From contig CAVVEU010000029.1 in the NCBI GenBank assembly GCA_963747235.1, forward strand, positions 96,001 to 160,000: DNA of 64,000 nucleotides, given 5' to 3'. The DNA is from an uncultured Candidatus Rokubacteria bacterium (GTDB lineage Bacteria > Methylomirabilota > Methylomirabilia > Rokubacteriales > CSP1-6). Each line of letters opens with the position of its first letter. Positions within the stretch are counted from its first letter, which is position 1. The notes below the pieces were generated by a model. It saw only the letters and a program-made list of their open reading frames with translations, was not told the DNA's origin and searched no databases. A program made the translations under genes and the position numbers. Positions 32,937-43,381 of this stretch are shown here, piece after piece.

Positions 32937-34485
32937 GTGAGACCTGTCCTCCTTCGTCGCGCGCTCATTGCCGTCATCGCCCTGCTCCTGATCCCCGCGC
33001 TCCGCGCGCCCGCCGCCGCGGCGCCCGAGGGCACGCTCACGTGGGGGCTCCACGTCACGCTGGCCACCAAGTGGCTCGACCCGAGCGACACCGAGGCGTT
33101 CATCAACCCGTTCATGGTGCTCTACGCCGTGCACGACGCGCTGGTGAAGCCGATGCCGGGCGGGGAGAACACCCCGAGCCTGGCCGAGTCCTGGACGGTC
33201 TCCAGGGACGGGCTCGTCTACGAGTTCGTCCTGCGCAAGACCGCGAAGTTCCACAACGGCGATCCGGTGACCGCGGACGACGTGAAGTTCTCCTTCGAGC
33301 GCTACAAGGGCGCCGCCGCCAAGCTGCTCAAGGACCGTGTGCGCGACGTCGAGATCGTGGACGCCGGGCGCGTGCGCTTCCACCTCCGGGAGGCGTGGCC
33401 GGACTTCATGACCTTCTACGGCACGTCCGCCACCGGCGCGGCGTGGATCGTGCCCACGCAAGTACGTGGAGAAGGTGGGCGACGACGGCTTCAAGAAGGC
33501 GCCGATCGGCGCGGGCCCGTACCGGGTGGTGAGCTTCAACCCGGGCATCGATCTGGTGATGGAAGCGTTCGAGGGCTACTGGCGAAAAGTCCCCTCGGTC
33601 AAGCGCCTCGTCTTCCGCAGCATGCCCGACGAGACCACGCGCGCCGCCGCGCTCAAGGCGGGCGACGTGGACATCGTCTATCTCCTGAGCGGTCCCAACG
33701 CCCAGGAGGTCAAGCGCACGCCGGGCCTGCGGCTCGCCGCCGCCATGCCGCCCGGCGTGATCTTCCTCGACCTGCCCGAGCAGTGGGATCCGAAGTCGCC
33801 GTGGCACGACCGGCGCGTCCGGCTGGCCGCGAGCCATGCCCTCGACCGCGACGGGCTCAACCAGGCGGAGACGCTCGGCCTCTCGCATCCCACCGGCGGC
33901 CTCATCCCGCGCGTCCTCGATTTCGCGCGGGCGTACCCGCCGCCCGCCTACGACCCCGCCCGGGCCAAGAAGCTTCTCGCCGAGGCCGGCTATCCCAACG
34001 GCTTCGACGCGGGCGACCTCACCCCGTTCCCGCCATTCTTCTCGCTGGCCGAGGCGATCGGCGGCTATCTCCAGGCCGTGGGCATCCGCACGCGCCTGCG
34101 CACCATGGAGCGCGCCGCCTTCCTCACCGCGTGGCGCGAGCACAAGATCCGGGGCGTGATCATGGGCCTGGGCGCGCCCGCGGGCAACGCGGCCACGCGC
34201 ATCGAGGTCTACGTGACCAAGAACGGCATCTATTCGTCGGGGGTGGTCCCGGAGATCGAGACGCTCTTCGAGCGGCAGGCCCGCGAGCTGGACCGCAAGA
34301 AGCGCGAGGGCATGCTCCATCAGATCCAGCAGATCATGCAGGACCGGGCGATGTACGTGCCCATTTACGAGCTCGCGTTCCTCTGGGGCATCGGCCCGCG
34401 GGTGGAGGAGGCGTGCGTGGACCACATCAAGGGCTTCTCGTACTCGGCGCCGTACGAGGATCTCCGGCTCAAGGCCCCGCGGTAA
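32937..34485 (+). CDS. Family 5 ABC solute-binding protein (frameshift ~33455)
   Basis: Signal peptide; LAESW, KFHNGDPVTADDVKFS, PIGAGPY, DRRVRLA; SD GGAGG. Confidence 0.88.
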
Positions 34486-34509
34486 CTCCGCTCCCACAGG
34501 AGAGACCCC

Positions 34510-35353
34510 ATGGATATCGTCGACTCGCAGGTGCATCTCTGGGCCGCGGAGAGCCCCAGCCGGCCGTGGCCGGCCGGGCGCGCGGCGGAAGCGCAGAAGC
34601 CGTACCAGATCCTCAAGGAGACGCTGCTCTTCCAGATGGATCTGGCCGGCGTGCGCCGGATGGTCCTGGTGCCGCCCTCGTGGGAAGGCGATCGCAACGA
34701 CATGGCGCTCGAGGCCGCGCGCAGCTACCCGGACCGGTTCGCGGTCATGGGACGCCTCGCGCTGCAAGATCCGGCGAGCCGCGCGCTCGTGGCCGACTGG
34801 CGGAAGCAGCCGGGCATGCTCGGCATGCGCTTCACCTTCCACAACGAGCACTACCGCCACCTGCTCACCGACGGCTCCGCCGACTGGCTCTGGGCCGCCG
34901 CCGAGAAGGCGGGCATCCCGCTTGATGGTCCTGGTGCCGGGCGCGCTCGATCACCTCGATCGCATCGCCACCCGGCATCCCGGCCTCAAGCTCGTGATCG
35001 ACCACGTGGGCATCAGCGTGCGCGGCAAGGCGCCCAAGGTCTTCGAGGAGCTGCCCGCGGTCTGCGCGCTGGCCAAGCACCCGAACGTGTCGGTGAAGGC
35101 CTCGGGCATGGTGTCGCTCTCGGCCCAGCCCTACCCGTTCCCGGACCTGCACGACGGCATCCGCCGGCTGGTGGACGCCTTCGGGCCCAGGCGCACGTTC
35201 TGGGGCACCGATCTCACCCGCATGCCGTGCACCTACTACGAGTGCATCACGCTCTTCACCCAGCACCTGCCGTGGCTCAAGGGCGAGGATCTGGACTACG
35301 TGATGGGACGCGGCGTCTGCGAGTGGCTCGGCTGGCCGCTCGCGCGCGCCTGA
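34510..35353 (+). CDS. Amidohydrolase_2 family protein (frameshift ~34922)
   Basis: IVDSQVHLW, LVPPSWEG, GMRF, LVIDHVG, PNVSVKASG, FGPRRTFWGTD. Confidence 0.85.
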
Positions 35354-35366
35354 GGGCCCGCGCGCG

Positions 35367-36417
35367 ATGCGATTCGGCCTCTTCTTCCAGGCGTCGGAGC
35401 GGGCCGGCGAGAGCCACGCCCAGCGCTTCACCGAGATGCTCGAGCTGGCCACGCTCGCCGACTCGCTCGGCTTCGACGTGGCCTGGCTCGCCGAGATCCA
35501 CTTCGGCGCCGCCTTCTCGCTGCTCTCCACCCCGCTCATGGCGGTGCCCGCGATCGCCCAGCGCACGAAGCGCATCCGCGTCGGCACCGCGGTGACGCTG
35601 CTGCCGCTGCACCACCCGCTCGCCTGCGCGGAGCAGGCGGCCACCGCGGACATCCTCTCGGGCGGCCGCCTCGAGTTCGGGGTGGGCCGCGGCTCCATTC
35701 CCACCCAGTTCCACGGCTTCCGGGTGCCCGTCTCGGAGAATCGCGCGCGCTTCGCGGAGTGCCTCGACATCATCCGCCTGGCCTGGACGAAGGACCGCTT
35801 CAGCTACGACGGGACGTTCTACCAGATCGAGAACCTCTCGGTGGTGCCGAAGCCGCTCCAGCGCCCGCACCCGCCCATCCGGGTGGCCGTGCACACGCCG
35901 GAGAGCTTCGCCCACATCGCGGAGCTGGGCGTGCCCATCTACTCGGGCACGACGACCACCCCGCTGCCGCTGCTGCGCGAGTGCATGGCCGCGTACCGGG
36001 AGAAGCTCGCCGCGGCCGGGCACGCGTGGGGCCCCGAGCAGATGGCGCTGATGCAGCCGCTGCACATCGGGGCCACCTCCGCGGCGGCGCGCGACGCGAT
36101 GCGGCCGGGGGTGATGCAGTACTACAAGAACCTGGAGACGATCTTCTCGAGCCTGCCCGACTCCTACGCGCGATCACCTGCCCCGGCTCAAGTACATCCG
36201 GGAGACGATCGCCGATCTGCCCTACGAGAAGTTCTGCCGCGACCAGGCCGTGTTCGGCGACGCCGCGGAGGTGGTGGACCGGCTGCAGCGCGCGAAGGAA
36301 GAGTTCGGCCTCTCGCAGATCATCGGCTGGTTCGACCAGGGCGCGATGCTGCCGCGCGCCGAGGTCGAGCGCGCGATGCGCACCTTCGCCGAGCAGGTGA
36401 TGCCGAAGCTCGGCTAG
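35367..36417 (+). CDS. LLM-class flavin-dependent oxidoreductase (frameshift ~36170)
   Basis: MRFGLF, WLAEIHF, IRVGTAV..LPLHHP, DILSGGRLEFGVGRG, PKPLQRPHPP, FAEQVMPKL. Its stop overlaps the stop of the convergent gene (CTAG). Confidence 0.85.
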
Positions 36418-37679
36418 CCCGCGTAGATCTTCTTCATCTCGCCGGTCGCCCAGGCGACCGCGTCCTCCGCCTTCATGCCCTGGATGCTCTTGGCGAACAT
36501 GTCGACCAGGATGTACTTCGACAGCGCTTCCGTCGCCTTGCGCCCGGGAGGCCCGGCGAAGCCGACCTGTCGCGCGTACTGCAGGGTCTCGGGAAACACC
36601 GCCGTCTTCGGGTCCTTCTTCCACAGGGCGTGGTCGCGGTAGCTCTTGGTGCCGGGGATGCCGAACGTGTCCATGATCTCGAAGTACTTGTCGTACTGCG
36701 CGCGGTCCATGTACCAGCGCACGAAGTCCTTCGCGACCTTCTGGTTCTTCGAGTACTTCATCACGCAGGAGTTGTAGCAGGGCAGGAAGTAGAAGCGGCC
36801 CGCGGGGCCGGGCGGATAGTGGCCGTGGTTCGTGCCCTTGTAGACGTCGGGGAACTTGGCCCGCGCCGCGATGTAGATCGACGGCGCATTGCCGGTGAGC
36901 GAGATCTCCGAGGAGAGAAACGCGCGGTTGTTGTTGCTGTCGTCCCACGCGAGCCCGCCCTCGTCGAAGCAGTCCTTCCACGCCGCCAGCGTGAACTTCA
37001 CGGCCTCGACCGTGTTCTTGCTGTTCAGCACGACCGTCTGGCCGTCCTTCCCGACTTCCATCCCGCCCCACATCCAGACGATCGGGTACGCCCAGGCGTT
37101 GGGATCGTTGAGGCTGTGCCCGAACGCCTGGCCGAACGGCCGGCCCTTCGCCTTCATGGCGCGGCCCACCTTGCGGAAGTCGTCCCAGGTCTTCGGATAC
37201 TCGAGGCCCGCTTCCTTGAACCAGTCTTCCCGGTAGTTGACCGCCCACGAGATGATGAAGTACGGAACGCCGACCCAGCGCCCGCCACTCGTCAGGCAGT
37301 TGCTCTTGGGGAGGTCGTACCACCCACCCTGCTGGCCGCCGATCGCCTCGGCGACGTCGGTCATGTCGACGAGGCTGTTCTCGTAGAGGAGCGGATGATT
37401 GTTCGCGATGGTCACGATGTCGGCGCCGCTCCCGCTCTGGATCGCGGCGGTGACGCGGGCCTGGATGTCGTTCTGATTGATGCGCTCGGCGACGACCTCG
37501 ACGCCCGCCTGCTTGCCGAACTCCTTCGCCTGCTGGTCGAAGAGCTGATCCGCCGCGGGGACGAAGTGCGCCCACTGGAGGACGTGGAGCCGCGTGCCCT
37601 GCGCGAAGGCGGGCGGGTGATGCGCGGCGAGCATGGTGGAGAGGGCGGCGCTGCCGGCGATGAAGCGTCGACGGTTCAT
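36414..37679 (-). CDS. Family 1 (carbohydrate-type) extracellular solute-binding protein with Tat signal
   Basis: MNRRRFIAG Tat motif; LQWAHFVPAAD, NYREDWF, PKTWDD, AWDDSNNNRAFL. Confidence 0.88.
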   Translation of the reverse strand: MNRRRFIAGSAALSTMLAAHHPPAFAQGTRLHVLQWAHFVPAADQLFDQQAKEFGKQAGVEVVAERINQNDIQARVTAAIQSGSGADIVTIANNHPLLYENSLVDMTDVAEAIGGQQGGWYDLPKSNCLTSGGRWVGVPYFIISWAVNYREDWFKEAGLEYPKTWDDFRKVGRAMKAKGRPFGQAFGHSLNDPNAWAYPIVWMWGGMEVGKDGQTVVLNSKNTVEAVKFTLAAWKDCFDEGGLAWDDSNNNRAFLSSEISLTGNAPSIYIAARAKFPDVYKGTNHGHYPPGPAGRFYFLPCYNSCVMKYSKNQKVAKDFVRWYMDRAQYDKYFEIMDTFGIPGTKSYRDHALWKKDPKTAVFPETLQYARQVGFAGPPGRKATEALSKYILVDMFAKSIQGMKAEDAVAWATGEMKKIYAG

Positions 37680-37695
37680 GGCGGATCCTCCGGTC

Positions 37696-38403
37696 TCAGG
37701 TGTCCAGAAGGGCGAGCACCTCGTCGGCTCTCCGCACCCGGCCGAACGGACCCTGGAACGAGAGCAGGGTGGCCTCGTGGATCTCGGGTGAGAAGGCGGC
37801 GCACCCGTCGTCGAGCAGCACCACCTCGTAGCCGCGATCGGCGGCGTCGCGCGCGGTGGTCTCCACGCAGACGTTCGTCACGACGCCGCCCACGATCAGG
37901 GACGTGATGCCCATCGAGCGCAGGGCGTGATCGAGCCCCGTCGAGTTGAACGTGCCGTAGGTCGTCTTGTTCACCACGAGCTCGTCCGGCCGCGGCTCGA
38001 GGCTCGCGACGATGCGAGCCCAGGCGTCGCCGCGCGGGGGGATGGCGGCGTCACCGACCGCCGCCCGGTTGGCCGCGTTCCGTTGCTGGAAGATCGGCAT
38101 CAGGTCGCGGCCATCGGGCAGCTCCGAGGCCACGGTGGTGTAGACGACGCGTAGCCCATGGGCCCGGAAGAAGTCGAGCAGCCGACGGAGCGACGGCTCG
38201 ACGACGCCCCGACCGCGCTCCTGGAAGTGGCTCATCACGCCCGGAACGATGGCCTCGCAGGCCCGCGAGAACGGCGAGGCCGGGTTCACGAAGTACTCCT
38301 GCATGTCGATGATCACGAGCGCGGTGGTGCGGGGATCGAGCGCCAGGGGCCCCGCATTGCGGTGGCGCTGAAGGGCCGTGTACTTATCGTGCGCGGTGCT
38401 CAC
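37696..38403 (-). CDS. Cysteine hydrolase (isochorismatase family)
   Basis: TALVIIDMQ (Asp), VNKTTYGTF (Lys), GVVTNVCVETTARDAADRGY (Cys). Confidence 0.9.
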   Translation of the reverse strand: MSTAHDKYTALQRHRNAGPLALDPRTTALVIIDMQEYFVNPASPFSRACEAIVPGVMSHFQERGRGVVEPSLRRLLDFFRAHGLRVVYTTVASELPDGRDLMPIFQQRNAANRAAVGDAAIPPRGDAWARIVASLEPRPDELVVNKTTYGTFNSTGLDHALRSMGITSLIVGGVVTNVCVETTARDAADRGYEVVLLDDGCAAFSPEIHEATLLSFQGPFGRVRRADEVLALLDT

Positions 38404-38425
38404 TATCCTGTCCCCCGTGCCCGGG

Positions 38426-38455
38426 ATACTGCTCCCGGCCCCGGCGACGTGTCAA
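38426..38455 (-). promoter_or_regulatory. Putative sigma70-type promoter for the cysteine hydrolase / SBP genes
   Basis: Minus strand TTGACA (38455-38450), 18 nt, CAGTAT (38431-38426), upstream of the GTG at 38403. Confidence 0.4.
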
Positions 38456-38481
38456 GAAGAGGAGTACAGTGGGGAGCCAGG

Positions 38482-39745
38482 ATGGACACCCCAGCGCAGA
38501 TCGCTCCTGACAGCTCCAAGCTCGCGGTGGTGATGGTCGGCCTGCCCGGCCCGCGGGAAGAGCTACACCGCGCGCCGCATCGAGCGCTACCTCTCGTGGC
38601 TCGGCTACCGCACCGGCGTCTTCAACGTCGGCGAGTACCGGCGCGCGCGCGTCGGCGCCCAGATGCCGCACAGCTTCTTCGATCCCGACAACGCGCCGGG
38701 CGAGGAGGCGCGCCGGGCGGCCGCGATGGCGGCGCTCGACGACATGGTGGCGTGGCTCACCGACGACGGGCAGGTCGCGATCTACGACGCCACCAACACC
38801 ACGCGCGCGCGCCGCGCGATGGTGCGCGCGCGCTGCGAGCAGGCCGGCTTCCAGGTGCTGTTCATCGAGATCCGTTGTGATGACCCGCACTTCATCGAGG
38901 CCAACATCCGCGACACCAAGCTGTCGTCGCCCGATTACGAGGGCACCGATCCCGACGCGGCGGTGACCGACTTCCGGGCCCGCATCGCGCACTACGAGCG
39001 CGTGTACCAGCCGCTCGACGACGACGAAGGCGCGTACCTGCGCGTCACCGGCTCCGGACGCGACGTCACCGTGAGCAACGTCAACGGCTACCTGGCCGCG
39101 CGCCTCGTGTTCTTCCTGATGAACCTGCACCTGACCGCGCGGCCGATCTGGCTCACCCGCCACGGCGAGAGCGTGTTCAATGTCGCCGGGGTGCTCGGCG
39201 GCGATCCCGACCTGACCCCCGCCGGCCACCGCTACGCCCGATCACTCGCCGAGTTCCTCGACCGGCGCGACCCGGATCGCGACGGCGTGGTGGTCTGGAC
39301 GAGCTCGCTCCGGCGCGCGGTACAGACCGCGGCGCCGCTCGATCGCACGCGGTGGCCGTGGCGCGCGCTCGACGAGATCGACGGCGGCGTCTGCGACAGC
39401 ATGAGCCACGCCCAGATCCAGGAGCGCCTGCCCGAGGAGTACGCGGCGCGCAAGCGCGACAAGTTCACCTATCGCTATCCACGCGGCGAGTCGTACCAGG
39501 ACGTGATCCTGCGCCTCGACCCGGTGGTCATCGAGCTCGAGCGCACGCGCAAGCCGGTGCTGGTCATCGCCCACAACGCGGTGCTCCGCGCGCTCTACGC
39601 GTACTTCCAGGGCCTGCCGCGCGAGCGCTGCCCGTACCTGCCCATTCCGCTGCACACCGTGATCGAGCTGACGCCGCACGCGTACGGCTGCCACGAGACG
39701 CAGATTCCGCTCGAGCCGCGGCTCGACTCGCGCGACGCGCGGTAG
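38482..39745 (+). CDS. Bifunctional 6-phosphofructo-2-kinase/fructose-2,6-bisphosphatase (PFKFB type), ~420 aa; single extra base near 38549
   Basis: Removing one G restores VMVGLPARGKSY (Walker A). Kinase motifs FNVGEYRR, YDATNTT, KLSSPDY, DFRARI. Phosphatase motifs RHGES, VWTS, LDEIDGG, YRYPRGESYQD, IAHNAVLR, PLHTVIELTP.AYGC. Confidence 0.9.
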
Positions 39746-39961
39746 CCCGACCGGCCCGCAGGTTCGGGCACGGCACACGGCCGGATCGGGCAGAAAGTCG
39801 CCCGAGCGGCAGCCACTCCTTCCGAAAGGTCCGTCATGTCGAGATAGTGGGCGGTGGCATGCCCCTTGCCCCAAGGCTCAGAGACGCCCGGCGCGGCCCC
39901 CAAGCGTCGGGCCGGGCGTTCGCCCCTCGTCCAACGGACCACGACTTGGAGGAACGCGATC

Positions 39962-40951
39962 ATGGGCGCGACGAGACGCAGACTGAGCTGGTGGTGGAGC
40001 ATCCTGGCCCTGCCCGGCATCCTGTGGCTTCCGGCGGTCGCCGGAAGCGCGGCGCGGGAGGTGGCCGGCATCATCACCGAGATCCACCCCGGGCGCGGGC
40101 AGGTCGAGGTCAGGTCGGCTGAAGGCGACCGCCGGCGCGCCGCGACACCTCTCCTTGCCCTGAGGAGCGGTGACGAGGTGAGCACGACCGAGGATGCGTG
40201 GGTGATCATCGTGCTGTCCGGCGGGCGTGGAAGCGCGAGAGTCGACGAGGCCCATTCCCCGTTCACGGTTCCCGCCCCGCCGGTCGGGCGCAGCCTGCTT
40301 CACAAGGGACTGCGGGTCCTCGAAGCGAGCTTCGACTTCCTGGGGACGACGACCCCGAGCGATCCGACGTTCGGGCCCCTGGGCACTCGATCAGGGGCGA
40401 AGCCGCCCGTGATCTTGACCCCTCACAATGGCCTCGTGCTCCCCGATTCCCTGACCTTCGAGTGGCGCGGGAGCCCGTCTTCGGCGTACCGCATTCGCAT
40501 CAGCGGGCCCGATGGCCTGGTGTTCGAGCGCACGAATCTCGCCGCGACCCGATTCCAGTACCCTCGGAACGCGCCACCACTCACCGCGGGCGTCCGATAC
40601 GGGTTCCAGCTCCTCCCGCCCTGGGGCCCGCCCCAGGACGTGTGGTTCGAGCTGGTCGACCCGGACCGCGCCCAGACGATCCTCCATGAGCTGCACGACC
40701 TGGAAGATGCGTTCGCCCCTGCCCTGTCACCCGCTTCTCTGGTGACGCTCCGGGCCGGGTTTCTGGCGGGCAACGGTCTGCTGCACGATGCCCGTCGGAC
40801 CCTCATGGAGGAGCTTGCCCGGCAGCCCGATGAGCCCACCCTGCACTTCCTCCTGGGCAACCTCTATGCGCGGCAGGGTCTTCGCTCGGAGGCAATGGAG
40901 TCATTCGCGGAGTCGAGATTTCTCATGAGTGCTGTTGCCAACCCCCGGTAG
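39962..40951 (+). CDS. Secreted hypothetical protein (FecR-like N-terminus, DUF928-like middle, TPR-like C-terminus)
   Basis: SD GGAGG; signal peptide; ALRSGDEVST; LGTRSG...LTP..G....TFEW; C-terminal helix LHFLLGNLYARQGLRSEAMESF. Domain labels are from motif resemblance only. Confidence 0.55.
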   Translation: MGATRRRLSWWWSILALPGILWLPAVAGSAAREVAGIITEIHPGRGQVEVRSAEGDRRRAATPLLALRSGDEVSTTEDAWVIIVLSGGRGSARVDEAHSPFTVPAPPVGRSLLHKGLRVLEASFDFLGTTTPSDPTFGPLGTRSGAKPPVILTPHNGLVLPDSLTFEWRGSPSSAYRIRISGPDGLVFERTNLAATRFQYPRNAPPLTAGVRYGFQLLPPWGPPQDVWFELVDPDRAQTILHELHDLEDAFAPALSPASLVTLRAGFLAGNGLLHDARRTLMEELARQPDEPTLHFLLGNLYARQGLRSEAMESFAESRFLMSAVANPR

Positions 40952-40962
40952 CGCGGCCGGGT

Positions 40963-42103
40963 CTACCGGCTGCCCGGCGTGACGCGGAGGAGGCGGCCGT
41001 TGGGGCTGTCGTCGGTCAGGAGATAGATGGCGCCGTCCGGGCCCTCGCGCACGTCGCGGATGCGCTCGCGGAGCTCCGCCAGGTAGCGCTCCTCCCGCAC
41101 CACGCGGCCGTTCGCGAGCCGCAGCCGCACGAGCCCGCCCGGGGTGAGCGAGCCGACCAGGAGGTCGCCCTTCCAGTCCGCGAACGCGCGGCCCGAGTAG
41201 AAGGTCGCGCCGGACGGCGCGATGACCGGATCCCAGTAGTAGACGGGCTGCTCCATGCCCGGCTTCGCGGTGCCGATCCCGATGCGCGCGCCCGAGTAGT
41301 CCACCCCGTAGGTGATGACCGGCCAGCCGTAGTTCTTGCCCGGCTGCGGGTTGTTGAGCTCGTCGCCGCCGCGCGCGCCGTGCTCCACCGTCCACAGCTC
41401 GCCGCGGGCGTCGAGCGCCGCCGCCTGGACATTGCGATGGCCGTAGGACCAGATCTCCGGCAGCGCGCCGGCGCGACCGACGAACGGATTGTCGCGTGGC
41501 ACCGAGCCGTCCGCGTTGATGCGCACGACCTTGCCGAGCGTCGTCGAGAGATCCTGCGCGCGGTCGCGATGGCCGATAGCGGTCGCCGATCGTGACGAAG
41601 AGCGTGCCGTCCGCGCGGAAGACGAGGCGCGAGCCCCAGTGATTGGGCCCGTCCACCTTCGGCTGCTGGCGCCAGATCACCTGGGTGCCCTCGAGGCCGC
41701 GCTCGCCGAGCCGCCCGCGCGCCACCGCGGTGCCCGCGCCGCCCGGGCCCGGCTCCGAGAACGAGAGGTAGACGAGCTTGTCCTGCGCGAAGCCGGGGCT
41801 GAGCGCCACGTCGAGCAGACCGCCCTGCCCGCGCGCATACACCTCGGGCACGCCGATCAGGGGCGCCGAGAGGCGCCCATCACGGTCGACGATACGCAGG
41901 CGCCCCGGCCGCTCGGTCACGAGGAAGCGCCCGTCGGGCAGCAGCGCCACGCCCCAGGGATGCTCGAGCCCGCGCGCGACGTCGGTGACGGTCGCGGCCA
42001 GCTTGACCGCGGCGGGCGTCGGCGAGCGCGGCGCCTCCTGCGCGAGCGCGGGCAGGACGAGGAGGGCGAGCGCCGGCAGGACGGCCGCGACGCGCCCCGG
42101 CAC
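40963..42103 (-). CDS. PQQ-dependent soluble sugar dehydrogenase (YliI/Asd family); frameshift ~41575
   Basis: [60 protein letters not shown]. Confidence 0.9.
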
Positions 42104-43299
42104 TAGAAGCTGACCGGCAGCGCCTGCAACCCGCGTAGCGTCAGGCTCTGGCGGAACTGGGGCTGGTCGGTGGCCAGGGCCAGCTTCGGCAGCCGCGCGA
42201 GCAGCGTGTTGATCGCGATCTGCCCCTCCATGCGCGCGAGCGGCGCGCCGAGGCAGAAGTGGATGCCCATGCCGAACGCGATGTGCCGGTTGTCGGCGCG
42301 CGTGATGTCGAGGCGATCCGGATCGGGGAACTGGGCGGGGTCGCGGTCGGCCGCGCCCAGGAACGGCATCACCATCTCGCCCTTGGGGATGGTCCGGCCG
42401 CCGATCGTGAGGTCCTCGCTCGGGATGCGCGCGGTGCGCTGCACGGGCCCGTCGAAGCGCAGCAGCTCCTCGACCGCGGTGACGATGAGGCCGGGGTTCT
42501 CGCGCAGCTTCTGGAGCTGGTCGGGATGGCGCAGCAGCGCCAGCGTGCCGTTGCCGATCAGGTTCACGGTGGTCTCGTGGCCGGCCACCAGCAGCAGGAT
42601 GCAGGTGGCGAGCAGCTCTTCCTCGTTGAGCTTGTCGCCGGCCTCCTCCGCCGCGATGAGGGCGGAGAGCATGTCGTCGCGCGGAGCTGCCCGCCGCTCC
42701 GCGATCAGCTCGCGGAAATACTCGGCGAGGGCCCGCCGGCCGGCGACGCTGCGCTGGCCCACCTCCGAATCGGCCGGCAGCATGATCGCGTCGAGCCCAC
42801 GGGCGATGTCGAGGCCCCAGGCCTTGAAGCGCTCGTGGTCTCGCACCGGAACGCCCAGCATCTCGCAGATGACGCGCACCGGGAGCGGATACGCGAACTC
42901 CTCGATCAGGTCCATCTGGCCCGCCCCGGCGGCATCGGCCAGCAGCTCATCCACGATCGTCTGGATGTGGGGGCGCAGGCTCTCGAGCGCCTTCGGCGTG
43001 AAGGCCTTGCTGACCAGGCCGCGCAGGCGCGTATGGTCCGGCGGGTCGCGGTCCAGCATGGAGAGCCCCAGGCCCGGCGGCGGGACCGCCATGCCGAAGC
43101 GCGCGGCCACGAAGGCGGCGATGGGCTCCTTGGTGAGGCGCGGGTCGCGCAGCATGGTCATCACGTCCGGGTAGCGCGTCAGCACCCAGAACCCGAGCGG
43201 GCTGTGGTGGACGGGATCCTCGGCCCGCAGGCGATGGTAGGTCGGGTACGGGTCCGCCACGAACGCGGGATCCATCGGGTTGAACTGGACGTCGGCCAT
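42103..43299 (-). CDS. Cytochrome P450
   Basis: DPPDHTRLR, AGHETT (I-helix), EELLRFD (ExxR), HIAFGMGIHFCLGA (haem Cys). Confidence 0.95.
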   Translation of the reverse strand: MADVQFNPMDPAFVADPYPTYHRLRAEDPVHHSPLGFWVLTRYPDVMTMLRDPRLTKEPIAAFVAARFGMAVPPPGLGLSMLDRDPPDHTRLRGLVSKAFTPKALESLRPHIQTIVDELLADAAGAGQMDLIEEFAYPLPVRVICEMLGVPVRDHERFKAWGLDIARGLDAIMLPADSEVGQRSVAGRRALAEYFRELIAERRAAPRDDMLSALIAAEEAGDKLNEEELLATCILLLVAGHETTVNLIGNGTLALLRHPDQLQKLRENPGLIVTAVEELLRFDGPVQRTARIPSEDLTIGGRTIPKGEMVMPFLGAADRDPAQFPDPDRLDITRADNRHIAFGMGIHFCLGAPLARMEGQIAINTLLARLPKLALATDQPQFRQSLTLRGLQALPVSF

Positions 43300-43381
43300 T
43301 GAGCGCTTCCCTCCCGCGCCCATCATACATCTGCTATCTTCTCGGCAACCCCCTCACCGGCAAGCACGGAAAGGACAGGCC

